Made by a program: the position numbers and the translations under genes
Source: Anaerolineales bacterium
GTDB lineage: Bacteria; Chloroflexota; Anaerolineae; Anaerolineales; UBA11858
Assembly (NCBI GenBank): GCA_046483045.1
Contig: JAWODY010000081.1
Coordinates: 98,666 to 162,665 of the forward strand
DNA: 64,000 bases
Direction of reading: 5' to 3'
In this document: in pieces, positions 1 through 9,622 of the stretch
Layout: each line of letters opens with the position of its first letter
How positions within the stretch are numbered: position 1 is the stretch's first letter
The notes under the pieces: generated by a model
Database searches by the model: none
What the model was told of the DNA's origin: nothing
Seen by the model: only the letters and a program-made list of their open reading frames with translations

Positions 1-567
1 CTTAACAGCGGCAATGCTTAAAATACCAGAACCGCAGCCGATATCGATCATGGAGGATGGGATGTCTCTTTCCCCAGAGAGGACATCCTCGATGATCAAC
101 AAGCTCAGCTGCGTGGTGGGATGTGTGCCCGACCCGAAGGCCATGCCGGGAGACATGGAAATCGTTTCCCGCCCTTGATCCGGGGCGGACATCCATGAAG
201 GGACCACCATCAACCGGTTTCCTATGGGAATGGGGCGGTAATTTTTCTGCCAGGCGGTCCGCCAATCTTCCGCTTCAATGGTCCGGAACGCGGGTTCAGG
301 GAGATCTTCAATCTGGCTCAAATGCCACAACCCCCGCTTGATCTCATGCTTCCGATCCTGGACCCAGGCATCGTTGGGGATGTACCCGTAGACTTTTACC
401 AAGGGGGACGGGGTCTGGTCATCGATCAGACTCCCTTCTCCCACCCGTTCCATAACCACTCCCTCGGATAAATGCTCCGAGAGCAAAGCGGCGACGGGCT
501 CCGCCAATTCCCCGTTGAGGAGCAGGCTCACCTCCAGCCAAGCAGGATCATCCGACTTCATATCCAT
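1..567 (-). CDS. prmA: ribosomal protein L11 methyltransferase PrmA, 3' end cut by window edge
   Basis: Not in the supplied ORF track (no stop inside the window). My minus-strand translation from the ATG at 567 gives MDMKSDDPAWLEVSLLLNGELAEP...WQKNYRPIPIGNRLMVVPSWM...GMAFGSGTHPTTQLSL...IDIGCGSGILSIAAVK. This shows a PrmA N-domain plus a SAM-binding GxGxG motif. It lies downstream of dnaJ, as in the classical hrcA-grpE-dnaK-dnaJ-prmA order. Confidence 0.8.
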   Translation of the reverse strand, partial: MDMKSDDPAWLEVSLLLNGELAEPVAALLSEHLSEGVVMERVGEGSLIDDQTPSPLVKVYGYIPNDAWVQDRKHEIKRGLWHLSQIEDLPEPAFRTIEAEDWRTAWQKNYRPIPIGNRLMVVPSWMSAPDQGRETISMSPGMAFGSGTHPTTQLSLLIIEDVLSGERDIPSSMIDIGCGSGILSIAAVK

Positions 568-636
568 ATCAAAAAGGTGCAAATCTCGGCCTCGACGCGT
601 TGATTTGCACCACAGCTCCCTCTATTAGATAGTTTT

Positions 637-1767
637 TTATCCACTCAAGACATTTTTCAGGCGGTCAAAGAATCCCCGTTCCTGAGGAAGCACTTCACTG
701 TCCATTCTTTCCGCTAACTGCTCAAACAGTTCCCTGTCTTCCTCTTCTAAGCTCTCCGGGATGCGTACATTGACAACCACCAATTGATCCCCACGCCCGT
801 TATTCCTCAAGCGCGGCACACCTTTCCCGCGCATCCGGATCACGCTTCCGGGTTGGGTCCCAGAAGGTATCTTCAACTTCACATCTCCATCCACGGTGGG
901 CACTTCCACCTTGGCGCCCAATGTCGCCTGGGCGATGTTGACATCAAGATCGAGCAGAATGTCATGATTCCTGCGCCGGAAATATTTGTGAGGACGGACA
1001 TGGATTAGGATGTACAAATCCCCGGGGGGACCGTTGTTTTGACCCGGCTGGCCCTCTCCTGTCAAGCGGATGCGCGTCCCGTCATCCACTCCCGCAGGAA
1101 TGTTCACCTTCTTTTGTCTGGTTTTACGTTCTGTCCCTTTTCCACTGCACGTCGGACAGGGTGTATCGATTGTCTTGCCCTCCCCATTACAGGTCGGGCA
1201 GGTGGTCACCTGGACCATTGAACCCAACAAAGTCTGCCGTGTTTGCCTGACCTCCCCCCGACCCCCACATTGAGGACAGCTCTGGGGAGAAGTGCCAGGC
1301 TTTGCTCCTGAACCGTCGCACGTGGAGCAGGTCTCATCCCGGGTGATTTTAATCTCCTTCTCAACGCCGAACACCGCCTCTTCAAAATCAAGCCGGACGC
1401 GATACTGTAGATCAGCTCCCCGCCGAGGGGATGTGCGCCGCCTTGTCCGGGATCGACCCCCAATTCCACCAAATCCGAAGAGGTCTCCCAGGATATCTTC
1501 AAAATCCGAGATGTTGGCGCTCCAATCCATCCCCCCATTGGCAGCTTTCACACCCTGGTGTCCAAACCGGTCATAAGCAGCCCGTTTTTCGTCATCTGAG
1601 AGCACACCATAGGCTTCGTTGATCTCCTTAAAGCGCTCTTCTGCATCGTGGGCGTCATTGACATCAGGGTGGTACTTTCGCGCTAAGTTTCGAAAGGCAT
1701 TCCGGATCTCATCCTCGGAGGCGTTTCTGGAAATGCCCAAGACCTCGTAATAGTCACGTTTTTCCAT
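637..1767 (-). CDS. dnaJ: molecular chaperone DnaJ
   Basis: 376 aa. J domain with HPD (KYHPDVN), a G/F-rich linker, and four CxxCxGxG zinc-finger repeats (CSTCDGSG, CPQCGGRG, CPTCNGEG, CPTCSGKG). Confidence 0.95.
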   Translation of the reverse strand: MEKRDYYEVLGISRNASEDEIRNAFRNLARKYHPDVNDAHDAEERFKEINEAYGVLSDDEKRAAYDRFGHQGVKAANGGMDWSANISDFEDILGDLFGFGGIGGRSRTRRRTSPRRGADLQYRVRLDFEEAVFGVEKEIKITRDETCSTCDGSGAKPGTSPQSCPQCGGRGEVRQTRQTLLGSMVQVTTCPTCNGEGKTIDTPCPTCSGKGTERKTRQKKVNIPAGVDDGTRIRLTGEGQPGQNNGPPGDLYILIHVRPHKYFRRRNHDILLDLDVNIAQATLGAKVEVPTVDGDVKLKIPSGTQPGSVIRMRGKGVPRLRNNGRGDQLVVVNVRIPESLEEEDRELFEQLAERMDSEVLPQERGFFDRLKNVLSG

Positions 1768-1819
1768 GAACCTTCTCTACCCGCTAAATTCAAGAATTCT
1801 GATTTCGCCTGTACATTAT

Positions 1820-1862
1820 ACCGAAACACGGGGAGCCCTTCAGGGACATCCCCGGTTTCGGT
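1820..1862 (-). other. intercistronic stem-loop between dnaK and dnaJ
   Basis: ACCGAAAC...GTTTCGGT outer stem, extended by ACGGGG/CCCCG(G)T. No U-tract follows on the transcribed (minus) strand. This looks more like an mRNA stabiliser or processing hairpin than a terminator. Confidence 0.4.
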
Positions 1863-1906
1863 CTATAAACTGCGCGCTTTAATCCTCTCTCAAACCGTGC
1901 CGGACA

Positions 1907-3835
1907 TTAGACGTCTTCGAATTCGCCTTCAACCACGTCTTCATCATCCTCTGTCTCTTTGGATTGTCCCTCGGGGGCACCTGCGCCGGGCATCCCGCCA
2001 GGGCCTGCGCCCTGTTCACCCTCCTGCTGGTACGCAGCTGCGCCTATCTGCTGCAGGGACTGAGACAAGCTTTCCGTCAATTCATTCAAACGATCAGGAT
2101 CCGAATCCTCCTGATCTTTTTCCAGTGCTTCACGGATTTCGGAGATCTTGGACTCGACCTCGTTTTTCGCATCGCCGGGCACCTTATCTCCCAAATCGTT
2201 CAAGGTCTTTTCCGCGGTATACGCCATGTTGTCAGCGTTGTTCCGGGCTTGAATGCGGTCCTTGCGTTTTTGGTCTTCTTGGGCATGGGCTTCCGCTTCC
2301 TGGCGCATGCGTTCTACTTCGTCTTCACTCAGCCCAGAGGAGGCCTCGATGGTAATGTTCTGGCTCTTCCCAGAAGCTTTATCCTTCGCGGTGACCTCAA
2401 GGATACCGTTGGCATTGATGTCAAAGGTAACCTCAATCTGGGGCACGCCGCGGGGCGCGGGGGGAATGCCGTCCAGGATGAAGCGGCCCAAAGATTTGTT
2501 GTCATTCGCCATGGCCCGTTCGCCCTGCAGGACATGGATCTCAACCTGCGTCTGGTTGTCACTGGCGGTTGAGAAGGTCTGTGTCTCCCGGGCCGGAATG
2601 GTGGTGTTGCGCTCAATGAGAGGTGTGGCTACACCGCCCAGGGTCTCCACCGACAGGGTCAGGGGTGTGACATCCAGGAGCAGCAAGTCATCCACTTCGC
2701 CGCCCAGGACGCCGGCCTGAATGGCAGCGCCTACCGCCACGACCTCGTCAGGGTTTACGCCTTTGTGGGGCGTCTTGCCAAAGAATTCTGAGACCTTTTC
2801 CTGCACTGCTGGCATGCGGGTCATGCCGCCGACCAGCACCACCTCGTCGATGTCTTCAGGCTTCAGGTCCGCGTCTTCAAGAGCCTGCTTCACAGGCCCC
2901 ATAGTCTTCTCGACCAAGTCATCCGTGAGCTGCTCCAACTTGGCGCGGGTGATTTTCTGGACCAGGTGTTTCGGTCCTGAAGCATCTGCGGTGACATAAG
3001 GAAGGTTGATTTCCGTCTGCTGCGTGGTGGAAAGTTCGATTTTGGCTTTCTCAGCAGCTTCTTTCAATCGCTGCAGTGACTGACGCTGCTCTCGCAGGTC
3101 AATGCCCTGCTCCTTCTTGAATTCATCCGCCAGGTAGTTGATCAACCTCTCATCGAAGTCGTCTCCACCCAGGAAGGTGTCGCCGCTGGTGGACCGCACC
3201 TGGAAAACACCTTCGCCAACATCCAACACGGAAATGTCAAACGTGCCGCCGCCCAGGTCGTAGACTGCGATGACCTCGTTTTGTTTTTTATCGAGGCCGT
3301 AGGCCAGTGAAGATGCCGTGGGTTCGTTGATGATGCGCATGACTTCTAACCCAGCAATCTTCCCCGCGTCCTTGGTAGCATTTCGCTGGCTGTCATTGAA
3401 GTACGCCGGCACCGTGATCACGGCCTTATTGACCGGTTCGCCCAAGTATTCCTCTGCATCCGATTTGATCTTGGAAAGGATCATAGCCGAGATTTCGGGT
3501 GGGGAATATTCCTTATCCCCCATCACCACACGCACGTCCCCATTAGGCGCTTTTCTGACCTCGTACGAGACCATTTCCCGGGCCCTTTCCGATTCCGGGG
3601 TGTCATATTTTCTCCCCATGAAACGCTTAATGGAATTCACTGTGTTCTCGGGGTTGATCACCGCCTGGTTACGGGCGGGCCGCCCTACGATTCGTTCTCC
3701 ATTCTTATTGACCGCTACCACCGAGGGAACCAGACGGTCACCCTCTGCTGAAGGGATGATGGTCGGCTCCCCGCCTTCCATCACGGCGGCAGCTGAGTTC
3801 GTCGTTCCTAGGTCAATGCCGATTATTTTTGCCAT
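1907..3835 (-). CDS. dnaK: molecular chaperone DnaK (Hsp70)
   Basis: 642 aa. Contains [22 protein letters not shown] and an acidic C-terminal tail. Sits between grpE and dnaJ. Confidence 0.97.
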   Translation of the reverse strand: MAKIIGIDLGTTNSAAAVMEGGEPTIIPSAEGDRLVPSVVAVNKNGERIVGRPARNQAVINPENTVNSIKRFMGRKYDTPESERAREMVSYEVRKAPNGDVRVVMGDKEYSPPEISAMILSKIKSDAEEYLGEPVNKAVITVPAYFNDSQRNATKDAGKIAGLEVMRIINEPTASSLAYGLDKKQNEVIAVYDLGGGTFDISVLDVGEGVFQVRSTSGDTFLGGDDFDERLINYLADEFKKEQGIDLREQRQSLQRLKEAAEKAKIELSTTQQTEINLPYVTADASGPKHLVQKITRAKLEQLTDDLVEKTMGPVKQALEDADLKPEDIDEVVLVGGMTRMPAVQEKVSEFFGKTPHKGVNPDEVVAVGAAIQAGVLGGEVDDLLLLDVTPLTLSVETLGGVATPLIERNTTIPARETQTFSTASDNQTQVEIHVLQGERAMANDNKSLGRFILDGIPPAPRGVPQIEVTFDINANGILEVTAKDKASGKSQNITIEASSGLSEDEVERMRQEAEAHAQEDQKRKDRIQARNNADNMAYTAEKTLNDLGDKVPGDAKNEVESKISEIREALEKDQEDSDPDRLNELTESLSQSLQQIGAAAYQQEGEQGAGPGGMPGAGAPEGQSKETEDDEDVVEGEFEDV

Positions 3836-3917
3836 AGTCTAATCCTCCAAAGTTTAATCTTATGTTGATTATTTTCGAAATAATTGCTTATCATGACTGA
3901 TGCCATTTACCTTCCCA

Positions 3918-4529
3918 TCACGCTGCCACCCGGACCAGCGCTGGGCGTAAGATCCGCTCTCCCAGAGTGTATCCTTCCTGCAGCACTTCGATAATCTCTC
4001 CGCTCTCGTACTCATCGTTCTCTTCCTGAAACACAGCTTCATGACGGTTGGGGTCAAAGATCTCCCCTTCTGCTTCCATGGGCTCCACCCCTTCCCTCTC
4101 CAGCATGAGCTGCAGTTTTTTATAGATCAATTCAATGCCTTCCGCCCATTGTTCGCCTGGGCCAGATTCCGGTCGATCTTGCAATGCCCGCCCCAGATCA
4201 TCAGAGATATCTAAATACTTCTTGATAATCTCTCCTTTGGCTCGTTCATACATTTGTTCTCTTTCACGCATGATCCGCTTTTTGTAATTTGCGAATTCAG
4301 CGCGCGAACGCTGCCATCCATCCAGGTATTCCTGGGCCTTTTCCTCCGATTCGTCCAAAGATGCTTTTAAATCCTCAATCTCCCCGAGCGAAGCCTTTGA
4401 AGAAACCTCTTCTTCCCCCTCAAGAACCTCATCCTGGATGTCTTGAACCTCCTCTACATTCCCTTCCTGCGTTTCCTCTTCACTCTTTGATTTTGCATTC
4501 TTTATATCTACCTTTTTTTTCTTTGCCAT
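3918..4529 (-). CDS. grpE: nucleotide exchange factor GrpE
   Basis: 203 aa. Acidic N-terminus followed by a GrpE core (DGWQRSRAEFANYKKR ... GYTLGERILRPALVRV). Operon position is between hrcA and dnaK. Confidence 0.9.
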   Translation of the reverse strand: MAKKKKVDIKNAKSKSEEETQEGNVEEVQDIQDEVLEGEEEVSSKASLGEIEDLKASLDESEEKAQEYLDGWQRSRAEFANYKKRIMREREQMYERAKGEIIKKYLDISDDLGRALQDRPESGPGEQWAEGIELIYKKLQLMLEREGVEPMEAEGEIFDPNRHEAVFQEENDEYESGEIIEVLQEGYTLGERILRPALVRVAA

Positions 4530-4559
4530 GCTTTTTCACTTCTCCTCACTTGTGAACGA

Positions 4560-5600
4560 TCAACTCGCAACGGTTTCTGTAAGCAATTCGCTCATCAGGT
4601 CTGACACGAACCGCACCGCAGAGACCCCTCTGCTGTAGGACATCCGCATGGGCCCAATCACACCCACAGCACCCAAAGAGTGTTTTTCCGTCCCGTAGGG
4701 TGCCAAAATCACCGAGCAGTTCTTGAGTTCTTCCCAGTTCCCTTCCCCACCAATGATGATCTGAACACCACTGCTATCCCGCTCAAAAATTGTCTTGGAA
4801 AGCAAATCGTCCAGGACAGAACGATCCTCAAAAAGACGGAGGGTTTTTTGGGCTGCCGCAGGATCCGTAAACTCGGGCTCGGAGAGCACATTCGTCAACC
4901 CATCCCGATATACATTTCCTGTAGAGATCAGATCTGTATCCTCGATCTCTTCCAGGATCACGGAGAGCACTTCGTGCTCCACTTCATCTTCCGCCTCCTC
5001 GATCAAGACACGGAGGGTTTGAATGTCTTTGATCCTCTCATCCTGGTTTATGTTTTCTGCTATCCCGCTCAACCGATGCTGGGGGATCTGTTCCTCAAAA
5101 ACCAACGTCTGCTGCCTGACTTCCCCGCCCTCTAAAACATAAACGAGCAGGACCTGGCGCCCCCGCGTCGCCAATAAAGCCACATGATTGAGCCTGGCCT
5201 CATCCATATGAAGCGCAGTCACCAGGGAAGCTCCCTGGGTATGATTTGCCAACACAGAAGCTGACAGGGAAAGCCAATCATCCACATCATGCCGCGCTTG
5301 GTAAAACTGGTGGCGGATCATCTGCTGGATGTGGGAAGGCAATTCAGCCGGTCCCATTAACTGCTGCACAAAGAAACGGTACCCTACCCGGGTTGGTATC
5401 CTCCCTGCAGATGTATATGGCTGTTGAAGGTACTCGTAGTCCGTCAACACAGCCATCTCATTTCTTACCGTGGCAGAGCTAAAATCCAAGCGGTAATTTT
5501 TAACCAAACGACCCGAACTGACCGGCTCAGCTGTGTCCACATATTCCCGCACCACCAGCGCTAGAATGAGTTTTTGGCGTTCTGTCAGGGTTTCTATCAT
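4560..5600 (-). CDS. hrcA: heat-inducible transcription repressor HrcA
   Basis: HrcA-like sequence starting MIETLTERQKLILALVVREYV. I moved the start to the ATG at 5600 (M28 of the track ORF), because the longer ORF translates straight through the CIRCE operator at 5615-5641. Confidence 0.9.
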   Translation of the reverse strand: MIETLTERQKLILALVVREYVDTAEPVSSGRLVKNYRLDFSSATVRNEMAVLTDYEYLQQPYTSAGRIPTRVGYRFFVQQLMGPAELPSHIQQMIRHQFYQARHDVDDWLSLSASVLANHTQGASLVTALHMDEARLNHVALLATRGRQVLLVYVLEGGEVRQQTLVFEEQIPQHRLSGIAENINQDERIKDIQTLRVLIEEAEDEVEHEVLSVILEEIEDTDLISTGNVYRDGLTNVLSEPEFTDPAAAQKTLRLFEDRSVLDDLLSKTIFERDSSGVQIIIGGEGNWEELKNCSVILAPYGTEKHSLGAVGVIGPMRMSYSRGVSAVRFVSDLMSELLTETVAS

Positions 5601-5614
5601 AAATCTCGTTGATT

Positions 5615-5641
5615 TTAGCACTCTCACCAAGAGAGTGCTAA
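5615..5641. promoter_or_regulatory. CIRCE operator (perfect consensus)
   Basis: TTAGCACTC-tcaccaaga-GAGTGCTAA equals the TTAGCACTC-N9-GAGTGCTAA consensus. It lies 15 bp upstream of the hrcA start. Confidence 0.9.
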
Positions 5642-5652
5642 CAACGGTTGTT

Positions 5653-5681
5653 ATGTTAACACGAGGAGGTTTAGCAGTCAA
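5653..5681 (-). promoter_or_regulatory. putative sigma-70-type promoter of the hrcA operon
   Basis: On the minus strand: TTGACT (5681-5676), 17-nt spacer, TAACAT (5658-5653). The -35 is embedded in the upstream CIRCE-like dyad, and the perfect CIRCE lies just downstream of the predicted TSS. Confidence 0.5.
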
Positions 5682-5697
5682 GCAGGGAAAGTGCTAA
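5671..5697. promoter_or_regulatory. second, imperfect CIRCE-like dyad
   Basis: TTAGCAGTC-aagcaggga-AAGTGCTAA. Spacing is 9 nt. Its left arm is identical to that of the groEL CIRCE variant. Confidence 0.6.
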
Positions 5698-5749
5698 ACA
5701 AGGTGTTCTAACAGAAAATTAACACATCGAATTTCCCCCCAACTGGAGA

Positions 5750-6493
5750 TCAGGCGTCCCCGTCCCTTTCTTCCTGCAATGAAGCAAGGAAGGCCTCATC
5801 CTCCAGGGAAAGGTCAGCATCCTGTAGCAGTTCCGGTCGGCGTTTCCACGTCCGGCGGAGGGCCTGCTCCTGCCGCCAGCGGGCAATGCGCGCGTGATGT
5901 CCCGAGCGCAGCACCTCGGGCACCTGCCAGCCCCGGAATTCTGCTGGACGCGTATAATGAGGATGCTCAAGCAAGCCTGTGGCGTGAGAATCTTTCTCCG
6001 CAGCCTGGGGATCACCAAGGACGCCAGCGATCAAGCGGGTGAGGGCATCGATCAGCACCAAAGCAGGCAATTCTCCCCCGGTGAGGACATAATCCCCTAT
6101 CGAGATTTCATGAGTGACCAAATGCTGCCGCACACGTTCATCGACGCCTTCATAATGTCCGGCCAGCAAGGCCAGATGAGGGTACTCGCTCAAGGCCGCC
6201 GCCTTATCCTGCGTCAAACGCTCTCCCTGCGGCGTCATCAGCACCACCGGGCACCGGGGAGGGCGGCCAACCACTTCCTCCACAGCCCGAAAAATTGGCT
6301 CCGGCTTCATGACCATACCCCCTCCACCCCCGTAAGGCAGGTCATCCGTGACATGGTGTTTATCCAGCGCCCAATCGCGGATATCATGAAGGCCAACCTC
6401 CAAGTAACCCTCTTCTTGAGCCCGTTTCAGGATGCTGGCGTCGAGGTAGGGATAAAAAACCTCGGGGAAAAGCGTAAAAACGTCAAATCGCAT
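5750..6493 (-). CDS. trmD: tRNA (guanine37-N1)-methyltransferase TrmD
   Basis: 247 aa. Contains [13 protein letters not shown]...[11 protein letters not shown]...[20 protein letters not shown], typical of TrmD. Confidence 0.9.
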   Translation of the reverse strand: MRFDVFTLFPEVFYPYLDASILKRAQEEGYLEVGLHDIRDWALDKHHVTDDLPYGGGGGMVMKPEPIFRAVEEVVGRPPRCPVVLMTPQGERLTQDKAAALSEYPHLALLAGHYEGVDERVRQHLVTHEISIGDYVLTGGELPALVLIDALTRLIAGVLGDPQAAEKDSHATGLLEHPHYTRPAEFRGWQVPEVLRSGHHARIARWRQEQALRRTWKRRPELLQDADLSLEDEAFLASLQEERDGDA

Positions 6494-6649
6494 GCTGTCA
6501 TTCTAGCGGAGAGGATGCCGTTTCGCAAGGTCCAGGTGGAGCCAGATGTGCGCCCACATGCTTCCATGGAGCTCCGGGCCAGGGGATTTGGCATTTCAGG
6601 GAGAAAAAAGCGGGAAGATGAGTGCAACTTAAGGCAGTTATCCAACAAC

Positions 6650-6679
6650 TTGACGTTCGTTTCCCGCCAGTGGTAAGAT
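6650..6679 (+). promoter_or_regulatory. putative promoter giving a leaderless or near-leaderless TPR mRNA
   Basis: TTGACG (6650-6655), 18-nt spacer, TAAGAT (6674-6679) preceded by TGg (extended -10). The ATG at 6686 is 7 nt after the -10 hexamer. Confidence 0.5.
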
Positions 6680-6685
6680 GAGACT

Positions 6686-7900
6686 ATGTACCTCAACGGC
6701 AGTAAATGGAAAATGACCAAAAAACCGACCAAGCGGTCCAAACCGTGGCGGATACTTATCCTGCTCGTGTTAATCGCAAGTGTCGTTTATTTTAATCAAA
6801 CTGTGGTTCCGGCCACAGAACCCCTATTCATCCCCACCTCCACCCCCACACCAAACCCGGAATCCTTTGTCAACAGGGCAGAAAGCCTTTTTGAAGAAGG
6901 GAAATTAAACCAGTCCATCGAGGCTTATAAAGAAGCCATTTTACACCAGCCTGAGGATTCCTCCCTTTATGTCGCCCTGGCTCGCACCCAGATCCTCGCC
7001 GGGCAACCTGAGAAAGCCCTGGAAAACGCGGAATTGGCCTTACTCCGCAACCCTGAAAACCCCCTGGCCTACACCATGAAAGCCTGGGCCTTAGATTTCC
7101 TGGGCGAAGTGAACAAAGCGGAAACCACCATAGAAAAAGCGATCCAACTGGCAGATAAGAACGCCCTGGCCCACGCCGTGCACGCTGAGATCCTGATCGA
7201 CAACCAGGAATATGAAGCTGCCAGCAATGCCTCCCGGCGAGCATTGGAACTGGGACCAGAACTCCTGGAAACCCACCGCGCGCGCGGGTACGTCCTGTAC
7301 TGGACCGGAAATTATGAAGAGGCGATTCGCGAATACCAGAGGGCGGTGAGCATTAACAACTCTATTCCCAATCTGCACCTCATGCTGGGATACTGCTACC
7401 AAGCAAATAACGAATATGACCAGGCGATAAAAGCTTTCAGCCAGGCAAACGCCCTCGACCCCACAGACCCCATCCCGGAGTTTGAAATCTCTCGAATTTA
7501 TCTGCTGCAGGGCTTATATAACAAAGCCATCCAATATGCCGAGTTATCCGTGGAAGATGCCCCCTCAGACGCCATGATGCACGGGAATCTAGGCGTTATA
7601 TATGCCAGAAACGGGGAAATCACAAAGGCTTTGCAACACCTCGAACTGGCTGTGCGCGGGGGAACCACAGAGAACAACGAGGTCGTTGAAGGGATCCCAC
7701 TTTCTTATAAACCCCGCGTGATCGAGATCTTTTCCTCTTACAGCCTGACGTTGGCCCGCACAGATCAATGTGAACAGGCTATACCCATTTTCCAAACCAT
7801 GCTCAGCCAGGTCGGGGAAAACGAGATCGTCGTCGCCAACGCCAACGAGGGCTTGAAAATCTGCCAGGATAGTCTAGAACAAAGCACCCCCGCCCCCTGA
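6686..7900 (+). CDS. membrane-anchored tetratricopeptide-repeat protein
   Basis: 404 aa. Basic N-terminus plus one TM segment (WRILILLVLIASVVYF), a PT-rich linker, then repeated TPR-like units (AxxxYxxAlxxxP patterns). Confidence 0.75.
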   Translation: MYLNGSKWKMTKKPTKRSKPWRILILLVLIASVVYFNQTVVPATEPLFIPTSTPTPNPESFVNRAESLFEEGKLNQSIEAYKEAILHQPEDSSLYVALARTQILAGQPEKALENAELALLRNPENPLAYTMKAWALDFLGEVNKAETTIEKAIQLADKNALAHAVHAEILIDNQEYEAASNASRRALELGPELLETHRARGYVLYWTGNYEEAIREYQRAVSINNSIPNLHLMLGYCYQANNEYDQAIKAFSQANALDPTDPIPEFEISRIYLLQGLYNKAIQYAELSVEDAPSDAMMHGNLGVIYARNGEITKALQHLELAVRGGTTENNEVVEGIPLSYKPRVIEIFSSYSLTLARTDQCEQAIPIFQTMLSQVGENEIVVANANEGLKICQDSLEQSTPAP

Positions 7901-7982
7901 GCGCTCACTTATTTCCCCTGCGCATCTGAACCGCCTTGAAAAAAGGTCAGACACCCATTAGCGCGTACATATACCAATTTAT

Positions 7983-9344
7983 ATGGATCAAAAACTGCGA
8001 GGGAAACGACCCACATACCGCCGAGACACATCTGACCTGAATCTGCTCAAGATCGGGGTCCTGTTCACTTTGATCCTGGGCGGTTTGTGGTTTGCCTATG
8101 AGGTCCTCAACCCCGAGGGGCGCTTTGACCCCCTCTTCATGCCCACACCTACAGCTACCCGGACGGTAAACTCCCTCCGCCAGGAGGCGGAAGCGTACTT
8201 TGAAGCGGGGAAAATTTACATCCCCGACGATGATGACGAGACCACCGACGACAAAGATGCAATCGATGTCTACCGGGAGGTGTTGGAACTCCACCCTGAG
8301 GACGCTTTGGTGAGAGCGGAACTCGCCCGCCTGCTGACCTACTCCTCCAGTTTGCTCTCCACCACAGAGGAGCGTTCCCAACGCCTGGCACTTGCCCGCC
8401 AGGAGATCGAGCAGGCGGTTCAGGACGCTCCCGATAACAGCACGGTGCAGGCCATCCGTGCTTTGGTCCTGGATTGGAGTGCCACCTCCACAGCCGCTAA
8501 CGTGGAAGAACAACAAGCCTGGCTGGCTGAGGCCGAGCAAGCTGCCAACCTGGCCATCAACCGGGACCCGAATAACAGCCTGGCCCTGGCCTTTTATGCC
8601 GAAGTCCTCCTAGATCTAGGCCAAAAAATCCAGGCCCTGGAAAACGCCCGCCTCGCGGTGGAGCAGGGACCGGACTCCATGGATACCCACCGCGTATACG
8701 GCACGGTGTTAGAAGCCTTGGGAGAATACCGCAGCGCGATCGAAGAGTTCGAAAAAGCAGCTGAAATTAACCCCAACCTGACGTTCCTTCACATACGAAT
8801 CGGCGTGATCTACCGAGCGCTCAAAGTCCATGAAACCGCCCTGCAGTACTTCGACAAAGCAATTTCTATCAACAACTCAAACGAGGTGCAAGACCCCCTG
8901 CCTTACATCGCCATCGCCAAAACCTATTCCCGGATGGGCGAATTCTTTATCGCGGCCCGCAACGCAGAAAAAGCCATCCAGATCAACCCCTATAACGCGA
9001 ACACGTACGGGCAATTGGGAGACATCTACGTTCGATCCCGAAATTACGAGGGCGCGGTCCCAGTGCTGAAGTGTGCGGTGGAAGGATGCACAGCGGAGGA
9101 AAACGAAGTAGCAGATGTGGCCGTGGAACCCCTGGCTTTGACGAACTACGATGTAGCGTATTATTACGCCCGATACGGATCTACTCTGGCCGCCTTGAGC
9201 CGTCCAGAGCAAAACTACTGCCCCAAGGCCATGGAAATCCTGGACTCCCTTGAAGCATCTTACGGCAGCGATCCAACGCTAAAGGATATCATCAACGAGA
9301 ACAAAGAGATCTGTGATTTCCTACAAGATTCTTCCGCTCCCTGA
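7983..9344 (+). CDS. membrane-anchored tetratricopeptide-repeat protein (paralog of preceding gene)
   Basis: 453 aa. Same architecture: basic N-terminus, TM (IGVLFTLILGGLWFAY), linker, multiple TPR units. The C-terminal Cys pair pattern resembles the upstream paralog. Confidence 0.75.
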   Translation: MDQKLRGKRPTYRRDTSDLNLLKIGVLFTLILGGLWFAYEVLNPEGRFDPLFMPTPTATRTVNSLRQEAEAYFEAGKIYIPDDDDETTDDKDAIDVYREVLELHPEDALVRAELARLLTYSSSLLSTTEERSQRLALARQEIEQAVQDAPDNSTVQAIRALVLDWSATSTAANVEEQQAWLAEAEQAANLAINRDPNNSLALAFYAEVLLDLGQKIQALENARLAVEQGPDSMDTHRVYGTVLEALGEYRSAIEEFEKAAEINPNLTFLHIRIGVIYRALKVHETALQYFDKAISINNSNEVQDPLPYIAIAKTYSRMGEFFIAARNAEKAIQINPYNANTYGQLGDIYVRSRNYEGAVPVLKCAVEGCTAEENEVADVAVEPLALTNYDVAYYYARYGSTLAALSRPEQNYCPKAMEILDSLEASYGSDPTLKDIINENKEICDFLQDSSAP

Positions 9345-9446
9345 ACAACCCTGACCGACCCCCGGACCCCATTTTACTCTCCCAGCCCTTGCCTCCCCTT
9401 TCCCTCAGATTTTTATAAGAATCATATAAATTAACTTGTCACTCGC

Positions 9447-9475
9447 TTGACTTTCACCTGGAAGCCAGTTATCAT
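9447..9475 (+). promoter_or_regulatory. putative groEL promoter
   Basis: TTGACT (9447-9452), 17-nt spacer, TATCAT (9470-9475). CIRCE lies immediately downstream. Confidence 0.55.
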
Positions 9476-9487
9476 ACTTTTCGCTGG

Positions 9488-9514
9488 TTAGCAGTCAATA
9501 TCTTCGACTGCTAA
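9488..9514. promoter_or_regulatory. CIRCE operator variant upstream of groEL
   Basis: TTAGCAGTC-aatatcttc-GACTGCTAA is a perfect 9-bp inverted repeat with a 9-nt spacer. It differs from the consensus by one position per arm (a C/G swap). Confidence 0.8.
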
Positions 9515-9622
9515 ATTCAAGGTGGTGGACAGGTCAGGAACCGGTCCCTTATTACCAGCAGTGAGGTATTCATCATCATTTTTAACTACGTTAAAATACT
9601 TAGTTTGAAGGAGTAGAAATCT

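Noticed and set aside
4560-5681. Track ORF start for hrcA at 5681 (373 aa)
   Set aside because: The first 27 codons translate across the CIRCE operator and the predicted promoter. The conserved HrcA N-terminus begins at MIETLTERQ (start 5600).
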